DNA of 38,675 bases from an archaeon (GTDB taxonomy: Archaea; Iainarchaeota; Iainarchaeia; Iainarchaeales; Iainarchaeaceae): NCBI GenBank assembly GCA_035289485.1, contig DATDXA010000032.1:1-38675 (forward strand), read 5' to 3'. The notes under the pieces were generated by a model that saw nothing but the letters and a program-made list of their open reading frames with translations, did no database searches and was not told the origin of the DNA. This document shows positions 15,856 through 24,272 of this stretch, in pieces; position 1 is the stretch's first letter; each line of letters starts with the position of its first letter. The translations under genes were made by a program, and so were the position numbers.

Positions 15856-17232
15856 ATGGCTCCGAGCCTGAAACTGCTTGCAAAGAACTCCACTGCATTG
15901 CTTGGCTCAAATATAGCTGTCGCAGGAATGAATTTCCTGTTCATTTACTTCACTATACGCTTTCTTGGCCTGCACGAATTTGGAGTGTACACACTGCTGC
16001 TCACGACAATCGGATTTGCCGAACAATTCGCAACCCTTGGGCTGTATTCGGTCATGGTTTCCGAACTTGCAAGAAGCCTCGGAAAAAATGACATCGCGAA
16101 CGCCAAATCATTAACCTATAATTTCGCCAAGGTCCAGCTTGGCGTTGCTTTGCTTGGATGCATTTTGTTTTTCCTTGTGGCATACCTCAATCCGTTTGGC
16201 CTCTTGCCGGACCAAATCAGTGCTATATACATATTCGGGCTCTATTTGATTCTTACCGGAATCCAGACAACGATGCTGATTGTATTCGAGGGATTCCAGC
16301 GCTTCGATTTGGACGGGGGAATTCTTACCTTTGAGGCGGTATTCAAATTGCTCATCCTGCTAGCCCTTGCGCATTTCAATTTCCCGGCAACCGTCACCAA
16401 TGTCACATGGGTGCTGTTTTTCGGGCTCTTGTTCGCGGTTCTTTTAGCGGCTTGGCCATTTTGCAAGCTCATCAAGCCCTGGCTGGCAGTTCAATCCAAA
16501 AAAAATAATGCATTCCGTGAAATGCTGATGCAACAGGGGCCATATGCTTTTGTGACCCAATTAATCAAAAATATCCAGCAGAACTTATACCCATGGGCAA
16601 TCAAATTCTTCCTTGGAGTTGAGGCAGTTGGAATATTTGCAATTCTGCAAAAAATACAGACCGCGCTAATGAAACCCGTGGCTCCGCTTGATTCCACGCT
16701 GCTTCCAATGGTTTCTGGAATGCAAGACCCAAGCGATATCCGGCCGTTTTACGAACGCGTCAGCAAATATTCCGTCTGGCTCGGGGTCGCCATTATCATC
16801 CCATTCATCATTGCCACCCCATTCCTTCTCAAATACTATGTCGGGCAATCATACCCTGACCAGGAACTAACTATGGTTCTGCTGCTGCTGACATTGCCGC
16901 TATATGCCCTGAGTTTTCCGCTCCGATCCGTGCTCTTCAGGTTCAGGGAACAGAAAATAATAACATCAATCACCCTGGTTAGCGCACTCGTGCTCTTCAT
17001 TTCCACGGCAATATTTGTAACACTTTTCGGGCTCATCGGCGCGGGGCTTGCCATGTTTGTATTTTTTCTCTCAGACATTGTCATGCGCAGGCCATATGTT
17101 AAGAAAAAATATGGAATCGATTTTAGATTTTCGTCATTTGTCCGGTTTGAAAGTGAAGACCGTCTTCTATTGAGCCGCATTATCGGGCGGATAAAACAAA
17201 TGCTCATTAATAAGAAGGGGACTGGGCAATAA
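15856..17232 (+). CDS. Oligosaccharide flippase (Wzx/AglR, MOP superfamily)
   Basis: 458 aa, about 12 hydrophobic helices, LAKNS...R.LG...FG.Y, G.EAVGIF, L.PM.S and FGLIGAG motifs. Confidence 0.88.
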   Translation: MAPSLKLLAKNSTALLGSNIAVAGMNFLFIYFTIRFLGLHEFGVYTLLLTTIGFAEQFATLGLYSVMVSELARSLGKNDIANAKSLTYNFAKVQLGVALLGCILFFLVAYLNPFGLLPDQISAIYIFGLYLILTGIQTTMLIVFEGFQRFDLDGGILTFEAVFKLLILLALAHFNFPATVTNVTWVLFFGLLFAVLLAAWPFCKLIKPWLAVQSKKNNAFREMLMQQGPYAFVTQLIKNIQQNLYPWAIKFFLGVEAVGIFAILQKIQTALMKPVAPLDSTLLPMVSGMQDPSDIRPFYERVSKYSVWLGVAIIIPFIIATPFLLKYYVGQSYPDQELTMVLLLLTLPLYALSFPLRSVLFRFREQKIITSITLVSALVLFISTAIFVTLFGLIGAGLAMFVFFLSDIVMRRPYVKKKYGIDFRFSSFVRFESEDRLLLSRIIGRIKQMLINKKGTGQ

Positions 17233-17249
17233 ATTTTTGGGCTGATATT

Positions 17250-17981
17250 ATGCAATGCGTTATTTTCTGCGGCGGATTTGCAAGCAGGCTCTATCCTGTT
17301 ACGCACAAAATCCCCAAATCCATGCTTACAGTAAATGGAAAACCATTTCTTGAAATCCAGCTGAAAATGCTGAAAAAAAACGGCGTTGGCCAAGTGATTT
17401 TGCTCACAGGTTTTCTCCAGGAGCAAATTGAATCTTATTTTGGGGATGGGAAAAAATTCGGGGTCAGGCTGGAATATGTCAAAGGCAGCCAGAATTTTGG
17501 CACAGGGTTTGCCCTAAAACGCGCGGCCCCATTTGTAGAGGACGAATTTTTGACATTGTGGGGGGATAGCTACCTTGAAATGAACTATAAAAAATTTTTC
17601 ACGGAATTTGTGGAACGGCCATGCCTTGGCATGATGAGCGTCTACGAAAACCACGACCGCATTGACAAGAGCAACATCGAAATCGGCAACGGGCTTGTGA
17701 AAACCTATGACATGAACGCCCGCCAAAACCAAATTCGATACGCCTACATTGATTACGGGTGCCACGCATTCAGAAAAAAAACCCTTGACATGATACCAAA
17801 CGACCACGCCTACAAACACGGCCAGTTATTCCAGGCATTGATAGCCCAAAAGCAAATGGCGGCATATGTGGTAAAACAAAGGCCATATGAAATTGGCTCC
17901 TTTTCCGGGCTTGAAGAGCTGCAAAAAAAATTGGCCGATGAAAAAAAAATAAAAGCCCCATCAGATGAGAGGCATTTTTAA
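17250..17981 (+). CDS. hddC: Sugar-1-phosphate nucleotidyltransferase, probable heptose-1-phosphate guanylyltransferase
   Basis: GGFASRL...PKSM..VNGKPFL, YFGDG..FG, GTG.AL, WGDSY and EIGS motifs; located in the hddA-gmhA-gmhB operon. Confidence 0.78.
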   Translation: MQCVIFCGGFASRLYPVTHKIPKSMLTVNGKPFLEIQLKMLKKNGVGQVILLTGFLQEQIESYFGDGKKFGVRLEYVKGSQNFGTGFALKRAAPFVEDEFLTLWGDSYLEMNYKKFFTEFVERPCLGMMSVYENHDRIDKSNIEIGNGLVKTYDMNARQNQIRYAYIDYGCHAFRKKTLDMIPNDHAYKHGQLFQALIAQKQMAAYVVKQRPYEIGSFSGLEELQKKLADEKKIKAPSDERHF

Positions 17982-18093
17982 TTTCAATCTCAAAACTTGG
18001 GGCTCTTGCCCGGCATTGAACCATATGGCTTAAATACATCGGCAAACAGAACTTTTAGTTCGGGAATAAAAAGGGCTTTTTGAGGCAATACTT

Positions 18094-19164
18094 ATGACAT
18101 TTGTTCGCATCGGGCTGTTCCGTGACCATGCCCAATATAGGCTCAATTTCATGCAATACCCGCCGGAAAACTCGGAAGGCATCATGATTACGCACTGGGC
18201 GAGAAACCCCATTGCGGCGGAACTTAAGGCCGCACGCTGCAATGTTTTTTACGCCAATAATGGCCGCAGGCCAGAGCTCTTTTTCATGCGCAACAAGCCA
18301 ATCATTGCCGACTTCGAGGGGTACTTTGTCCCACCTGATATGCGCGAGGCCGAAAAGCGCATAGATTCGCCGCTTGTTAGGAAAGTAATCTGCCAGACCC
18401 AATGGGCTTTTGATGATGCCACACAACTGATAAAGAAAAAGGAAAATCGTGACAAGCTTGTGGTGGTAAAACATGCTGGCAGGACGGACTTTGAAAAAAA
18501 CAGGCGCAGCGACAACGAGGTTCGGTTCTTTTTCATCGGGGAAACCTTCTTTCTCAAGGGTGCGGACATGGCGGTCGAAGCGTTTAAGCAGCTCTATAAA
18601 AAATATGACAATATCCGCCTAACGATAGTCTCAACCAATTTCACATACTGGTCTCTTGAGCGCAACCAGTCATTTGACAAGCCGTTCGCAGGGCCGCTAA
18701 CCGACCCCGCATGGGGGCCTTACTGGGAAAAAAACCTGCAGCACCCCGGAATCACTTTTTTGCCACGCAAACTTAGCAACGAGGAAAAATTTTGGCATTA
18801 CGCGAACTCGGATGTGTTCCTCTTTCCTTCAAAATGGGAAACATTCGGGTGCGTCTTTCTTGAGGCAATGGCGCATTCCCTGCCGATAATCACCACCAAT
18901 TTTGGCCCCATACCAGAAGTTGTGGGCGAAAAGGCCGCATTTTTTATTGACACAAAAAATAAGGACTGGTATGAGATGGTGCGGGACACGCCGGTGCGCA
19001 CAAGGCTCATTGCAGAGCTGAAGGATTATATGGAGCAGATGATAGTAAGCAAGAGCCTGCGCAACCGTATGGGCAGGGCTTCGCGAGAGCAGATGGAGCG
19101 GGAATACTCCATTGAGAAACGCAATAAGAAGATGAGGGAGATATACGATGAAGTTGTCGGCTGA
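18094..19164 (+). CDS. Glycosyltransferase family 4
   Basis: FFIG....KG, SDVFLFPSKWETFGCVFLEAMAHSLPII, IPEVV. Confidence 0.9.
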   Translation: MTFVRIGLFRDHAQYRLNFMQYPPENSEGIMITHWARNPIAAELKAARCNVFYANNGRRPELFFMRNKPIIADFEGYFVPPDMREAEKRIDSPLVRKVICQTQWAFDDATQLIKKKENRDKLVVVKHAGRTDFEKNRRSDNEVRFFFIGETFFLKGADMAVEAFKQLYKKYDNIRLTIVSTNFTYWSLERNQSFDKPFAGPLTDPAWGPYWEKNLQHPGITFLPRKLSNEEKFWHYANSDVFLFPSKWETFGCVFLEAMAHSLPIITTNFGPIPEVVGEKAAFFIDTKNKDWYEMVRDTPVRTRLIAELKDYMEQMIVSKSLRNRMGRASREQMEREYSIEKRNKKMREIYDEVVG

Positions 19165-19215
19165 ACAATTTTTTAAAACCGGCTCGGCCATGGCAATTTT
19201 TGGTGATGGTTCAAA

Positions 19216-20355
19216 ATGAAAATATGCATTGTATGCCCATATGCGAATCCCGAAAAGGGGGCGGCAATTGTCAGGGTAAACAGTTTTTCGGATTATTTCA
19301 TTTCGAAAGGAAATGAGGCAATAATATTTTCTCCCTCTAGGGCAGGCCTGATGTCACAGGAAAATATAGTGAGGTATCAGGGGATTTTTGGCCTGCTTAA
19401 GCTCCTTTGGAAAACGGATTTTGATGTTTTGATAGGAACTTCCCCGCCAATAACACAGCCTTTTTTTGCAATGCTCATGTGCAAACTGAAAGGAAAAAGA
19501 TTTGTCCTCGATTCCAAGGATATCTTCACACAGACAGCCGCAAAACCAGGAACTGCTGGGAAAAAAATAATAAAGTTCCAAATTTATGCCCTGATGGAAA
19601 TGATTGCCCACAGGAATTCCGACAAAATACTGGTTCTGGATTCGACCATTGGAAAGTGGCTCGAAAAAAGGTATTCCATCCCCGAAAGCAGGATTTTGGT
19701 CGCACCGAATGGGGTTGACACAAAAATTATCCGTTTGGATTTGGCTGAAGGCAAAAAAATACGCAAAAAATTGGGAATAGGCCTAAATTCTCGCGTGCTT
19801 ATTTATCTGGGCGGCCTTGGGGATGAGAGTTACATTGATTTTCTTCAGGAAAGTGAAGCCATAATCAAAAAAAGTTCGGCAATTGTCCTTTTTGTAATTG
19901 CTTCTGATGAAACACAAATTGCCATGAATCGCATTGCCGAAATTGAATCTACGGTAAAACATCTCGGGCTAAAAGACAATTTCCGGATGGTTAAAAACGT
20001 TCCACACAAAGAGGTGTACCGTTACCTGTCTGCAGCGGACATCGGGATTGATTTCTGGGAAAATTTTGAATTATTTGCTGTTCCGGTTAAAATACTTGAA
20101 TACATGGCCTGCGGGCTCCCTGTTGTCGTAAAAACCCCGAAAAACAACGAGAGCTTCCGGAAATTCTTTTTGGAAAATGATGCCGGATTCCAATCTGACA
20201 ACTGGAAGGAGCTCGCGGAAAATCTGCACAGGATTTTGGAAAATTTCGCCCCATTCAAGCAAAAAGGAAAAAATAATGCGGCAATAATCAAAATCAAGTA
20301 TACGCGTGATGCCTGCAATGAAGGAGTTTTAAGGGTATTAAAAGAATTTCGGTGA
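19216..20355 (+). CDS. Glycosyltransferase family 4 (WbuB-like)
   Basis: GAA..R, TSPP, PNGVD, YLG, ADIG and PVKILEYMACGLPVV motifs; GGTGA RBS at 19202-19206. Confidence 0.88.
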   Translation: MKICIVCPYANPEKGAAIVRVNSFSDYFISKGNEAIIFSPSRAGLMSQENIVRYQGIFGLLKLLWKTDFDVLIGTSPPITQPFFAMLMCKLKGKRFVLDSKDIFTQTAAKPGTAGKKIIKFQIYALMEMIAHRNSDKILVLDSTIGKWLEKRYSIPESRILVAPNGVDTKIIRLDLAEGKKIRKKLGIGLNSRVLIYLGGLGDESYIDFLQESEAIIKKSSAIVLFVIASDETQIAMNRIAEIESTVKHLGLKDNFRMVKNVPHKEVYRYLSAADIGIDFWENFELFAVPVKILEYMACGLPVVVKTPKNNESFRKFFLENDAGFQSDNWKELAENLHRILENFAPFKQKGKNNAAIIKIKYTRDACNEGVLRVLKEFR

Positions 20356-20377
20356 CGGATTTTTTTGGCTGATATTT

Positions 20378-21316
20378 ATGGGTAAAATTGGGCTTGTAAC
20401 AGGTTGCGCTGGGTTTATTGGGTCACATTTATGCGAGAGGCTTTTGGCGGAAGGCTGGAAGGTACTGGGGCTTGATAATCTGTCCACCGGAAATATGGAG
20501 AATATCTCACAGTTCATTAAAAACCCGAATTTTGTCTTTTTTGAAGGGGATGTCACAAAACCCGAAGACCTGGAAAAAATTTCCACCAAAAATATTGACT
20601 GCATTTTCCACCATGCGGGAAAAAAAATGGTTTTCAGCGTAAAACAGCCGCGTGAAGACCTGCTGACCAACATATATGGGACATTAAATATGCTGAAATG
20701 GGCATCCGAACACAATGCCGGGAGATTTATTTTCGCTTCAACCATTGCGGTATACGGCAGCCCAAAGGAAGCGGAGAGCACGGAAGAATCTGAAATTGCC
20801 CCAACTAATCCATACGGGGTAAGCAAATATTCCTGCGAAGAATACTGCAGGCTCTGGCATCGGCAGTATAATATTCCGGCCATCATTTTCCGCTATGCAA
20901 GTGTTTATGGCCCGAGGCAGGCGGTTGATGTTGGGGTTGTCAATACTTTCATCCAAAAAATCAGGGCAGATGGGCCAATAACCGTTTATGGTGATGGCAA
21001 CAGCACAAGGCCGTTCACTTTTGTTGCTGACGTTGTCGAAGCAAACCTTCTTGCGGCAAACACCAAGGACACTTCTGTGTTCGGGGAAACATTCAATGTT
21101 GCAATGGCCCAAAGTGTTTCAATAAGCCAGCTTATTGGCACCATATCCGGCAAAATGAAAAAGACGCCAAAGATAAACCATGAAAAAGAACGCAGCGGGG
21201 AAATGAAGCACATGGGTGCGAGCATTGAAAAAATAAAAAAGATGATGGGCTTTAAGCCCGGCATATCAATTCAGGAAGGCATATCAAGGACTGTGGATTA
21301 TTATGAAAAAAAATAA
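20378..21316 (+). CDS. NAD-dependent epimerase/reductase (extended SDR)
   Basis: GCAGFIGSH, DNLSTG, STIAVYG, PYGVSK, VYGPRQ and GDG..TR.F.FV.DV motifs. Confidence 0.92.
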   Translation: MGKIGLVTGCAGFIGSHLCERLLAEGWKVLGLDNLSTGNMENISQFIKNPNFVFFEGDVTKPEDLEKISTKNIDCIFHHAGKKMVFSVKQPREDLLTNIYGTLNMLKWASEHNAGRFIFASTIAVYGSPKEAESTEESEIAPTNPYGVSKYSCEEYCRLWHRQYNIPAIIFRYASVYGPRQAVDVGVVNTFIQKIRADGPITVYGDGNSTRPFTFVADVVEANLLAANTKDTSVFGETFNVAMAQSVSISQLIGTISGKMKKTPKINHEKERSGEMKHMGASIEKIKKMMGFKPGISIQEGISRTVDYYEKK

Positions 21317-22532
21317 TTGCCGATTCTGCAAGAGCGCGGATTTGCATAAATTTTTGGAATTGGGCCCCCAGCCGCTTGCTGGAAATTTCCTCACTTCCGG
21401 GCAGCTTTCTGAAAAGGAGGATTATTTTCCGCTGGGTGTTTCTTTTTGCAAAAACTGCACGCTTGTGCAGGTTCTTGATGTCGTTCCAAAGGACAAGCTT
21501 TTTTCGCAGTATTTTTATGCCCCGCATTCCGTGCTTTCCCCGCATTTCACCGGCTATGCAAAAGAAATTGCGGAGGAATTCAAATTGAACGGGGAATCCC
21601 TTGTAATAGAAATAGGCTCCAACATCGGGATGATGCTAAGGCCGCTAAAAGAACTCGGAGTAAAGGCAATTGGGGTTGAGCCCGCAGAAAACATAGCCAA
21701 AATGGCAAATGATTTGGGGCTTGAAACCATGAATGATTTTTTCACCGAAAAAGTGGCGCGTGGCATTGCCAAAAAACACGGAAAAGCCGACATGGTTGTT
21801 GCGAACAATGTGTTCGCCCACATCGATGACCTTGATGAAATACTGCGTGGAATAAAGGCCCTTCTCAAGGATGGCGGGATTTTCATTTTCGAGAACCACT
21901 ACCTTCTTGATACCGTTGAAAAGCTCCAATACGATGATGTCTACCATGAGCACCTGTGCTATTACTCACTGCACCCGCTAATCCCATATTTGTCAAAATA
22001 CGGCCTGCAGGTGTTTGACGCAAAGCGCATCAAAACGCACGGCGGTTCGATTCGCGTTTACTGTGGCAATTCAAAAAGGCAGGTAAAACCTTCAGTGCAA
22101 GAGCTGTTGAAAGAAGAAAAGGAACACGGGCTTGATAAGCTTGAAACATTCATAGAATTTGGGGATAAGGTCAGGAATCGCAAGGAAGAATTGGCAAAAC
22201 TTTTGCACTCGTTAAAATCTGGGGGCAAGACAATTGTAGGGTATGGGGCGCCTGCCCGCGGCAATACACTTCTGAACTACTGCAGAATAGGGCCTGAGAT
22301 TTTAGATTATATTGTGGATGATTCCCCATTGAGGCAAAATAAGTTCACCCCTGGGACACATATACCAATCATACCGGTGGAAAGGTTCCGGAAAGAAAAT
22401 CCTGATTATGCGCTTCTTTTGGCCTATGGCGGATACACAGAAACCATACTGAAAAAAGAGGCCGATTTCCTGAAAAACGGCGGAAAATTCATTGTCCCTT
22501 TGCCCGAAGTTAAAATAATCGGCAATCAATAA
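21303..22532 (+). CDS. NDP-sugar C-methyltransferase (TcaB9/TylC3/NovU family)
   Basis: Zn site CRFC...CKNC, LG.QPLA, EIGSN.G, GVEP, NNVFAH, YHEHLCYYS, THGGSIR and GYGAPARGNTLLNY motifs. Confidence 0.92.
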   Translation: MKKNNCRFCKSADLHKFLELGPQPLAGNFLTSGQLSEKEDYFPLGVSFCKNCTLVQVLDVVPKDKLFSQYFYAPHSVLSPHFTGYAKEIAEEFKLNGESLVIEIGSNIGMMLRPLKELGVKAIGVEPAENIAKMANDLGLETMNDFFTEKVARGIAKKHGKADMVVANNVFAHIDDLDEILRGIKALLKDGGIFIFENHYLLDTVEKLQYDDVYHEHLCYYSLHPLIPYLSKYGLQVFDAKRIKTHGGSIRVYCGNSKRQVKPSVQELLKEEKEHGLDKLETFIEFGDKVRNRKEELAKLLHSLKSGGKTIVGYGAPARGNTLLNYCRIGPEILDYIVDDSPLRQNKFTPGTHIPIIPVERFRKENPDYALLLAYGGYTETILKKEADFLKNGGKFIVPLPEVKIIGNQ

Positions 22533-22537
22533 AACTG

Positions 22538-22581
22538 ATTTTCCGGAAAATTTCGCATTGCCAAGCGGCAAATGGAAATTT
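22538..22581. terminator. Palindrome plus imperfect hairpin between convergent genes; possible bidirectional terminator
   Basis: Perfect palindrome ATTTTCCGGAAAAT (22538-22551), overlapping the hairpin AAATTTC-GCA-TTGCC-AAGC-GGCAA-ATG-GAAATTT (22548-22581). Confidence 0.4.
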
Positions 22582-22592
22582 GGAGAACGCCA

Positions 22593-24131
22593 TTAGGTTG
22601 TTTTCAGGCAATTTGAGTAAAGGTCAATTACAGGGTTGTGGTGCCAAAAATTTGCCGGCTCTGCGCGCCAGGATTTTATGAGGGGGCAGCTTCTGATTGC
22701 GTCGTATTTTTCAATCACGGCCTTGTCGCAAAAATACTTGGTTTTATCCGATGCAAGGCTTGAGAGAACGAGGTAATCGGCACTGTAAAAATTTATATCG
22801 GCCATATAATATCCCTTGACCAGGTAATAGCCGCCCCCCGTTTGCGGATCTTTGCCCGTGTATCCGAAAGTGTAGTAAAACTGGCTGTTTAAGGTCGGGC
22901 CGAATATTTCAGTTGCTATAACTTTGTCTGTGGAAATATTTTCATTTATCCATTCGGCTGAAACAAAGCGCGGATCCTTGTTTGACACGAGGTCATATGT
23001 CATTTGGGCCGTGGGAATCAGCAGCAAACCCAAAAGAATAATGAAGGCGGCCTTTGGCAAGATTGATTTGAATCTTCCGGCCAGGTATTCATAAATTTTT
23101 ATTATGGTTATTGCCGCCAATATTGCAATTAGCGGATAAATCGCAATGGAATATCTGGTTCCCCTGGCAGATATTAAAAAGAGGAAAAATAAAAACAGGA
23201 AGCATGAAACTCCCAATACAGTGTAATCTGCCCTCTTCTTTTTCCAAAAGTAAATAAACCCGATGGCCGCAAATAAAAGCGGGATGCCAAGGCCGCCCAA
23301 TATGCTGGAAAATTGGCTCCCTTCCCAAAAAGGGATGCACAATGTGGAATCCCTTCCATTTACTACACTGAGCACATGTGAAATATCACTAATGCCCTGC
23401 GTAAAGTTCAGCAAAAGCAAAAAATTTAGGGCAATGCCAAAAATGATTACTTTTTGCAGGTAAGGCAATATTAAATTTTGCTGTTTTAGCAAATAAAAGC
23501 CTGCAATTATTATCGGGACTATGAAAACCCCGTAATAATTCAGGCTGAATGCAAGTGCGCTAAAAAATGCAATCCACAAAGTTTTTTGATTTTTTGTGAT
23601 AAGGTAATACAGTGCCAGTAAAAGGAACAGGGCGATAAAAACATCCGCTTTTACCAGTGTAGAAGATGCCAAAAAACCCGGGGATATGGCCAAAAGGAAG
23701 GAGGCCAAAAGCCCGACAGAGGAACTGTTTGAAATTTTTTTGGCGAATATAAAAACAATAATTAAAATCAGCATTGAGGCAAGAATGGTTAAGCCTCTTG
23801 AAATCATGAAAAAATTGCCGGTATTCGAGTGGTAAAAATCCGCAAAATCCTGCAAACTTTCAACTTCGCCGCCTGCCTTAAGTGCCAGGAAATACGAGCC
23901 ATACATCGTGAGGTGTGTATAAAACCAAAGCGGCGGATAAATGGAATTTACGGGCAATAAATGATTTTCACCCATGCGCATGGTGTTTGTTACCACGAAC
24001 TGCTCGTCTGGGTGAAGGTAATAGGGCAGCCCCCAGGAAATCAGTGAAAGGCACAGCGCCAGGCTTGCAAGAACAAGCAATGCCAACAGGAAGACTGTTG
24101 TGCGATTTTCTTTGCGGATTTGATCAAACAT
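22593..24131 (-). CDS. GT-C membrane glycosyltransferase (ArnT/PMT-like, GT39/GT83)
   Basis: WGLP...HPDE after TM1, YPP, R..., K.D and RY motifs; about 11-13 TM helices and a C-terminal soluble domain (R..A.EWI..N); GGTGA RBS. Confidence 0.82.
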   Translation of the reverse strand: MFDQIRKENRTTVFLLALLVLASLALCLSLISWGLPYYLHPDEQFVVTNTMRMGENHLLPVNSIYPPLWFYTHLTMYGSYFLALKAGGEVESLQDFADFYHSNTGNFFMISRGLTILASMLILIIVFIFAKKISNSSSVGLLASFLLAISPGFLASSTLVKADVFIALFLLLALYYLITKNQKTLWIAFFSALAFSLNYYGVFIVPIIIAGFYLLKQQNLILPYLQKVIIFGIALNFLLLLNFTQGISDISHVLSVVNGRDSTLCIPFWEGSQFSSILGGLGIPLLFAAIGFIYFWKKKRADYTVLGVSCFLFLFFLFLISARGTRYSIAIYPLIAILAAITIIKIYEYLAGRFKSILPKAAFIILLGLLLIPTAQMTYDLVSNKDPRFVSAEWINENISTDKVIATEIFGPTLNSQFYYTFGYTGKDPQTGGGYYLVKGYYMADINFYSADYLVLSSLASDKTKYFCDKAVIEKYDAIRSCPLIKSWRAEPANFWHHNPVIDLYSNCLKTT

Positions 24132-24272
24132 TGGTTCACCATTTTTATCGCATATTCATGTCTGCAATGGCTTGCATGTGGCCATTTTCAGTATAAATGA
24201 GTAATACTTTAAAAAATAAGGCGCAGGCCAAATCCGCATATGTTTCAATTCCGGAAAATCCTTCAATGCCTC

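Noticed and set aside
21300..21316. A8 run in the SDR/C-methyltransferase overlap as a programmed frameshift or phase-variation site
   Set aside because: A7-A9 runs are frequent throughout these Lys-rich genes, both ORFs are intact with their own starts, and no stimulatory structure is evident.
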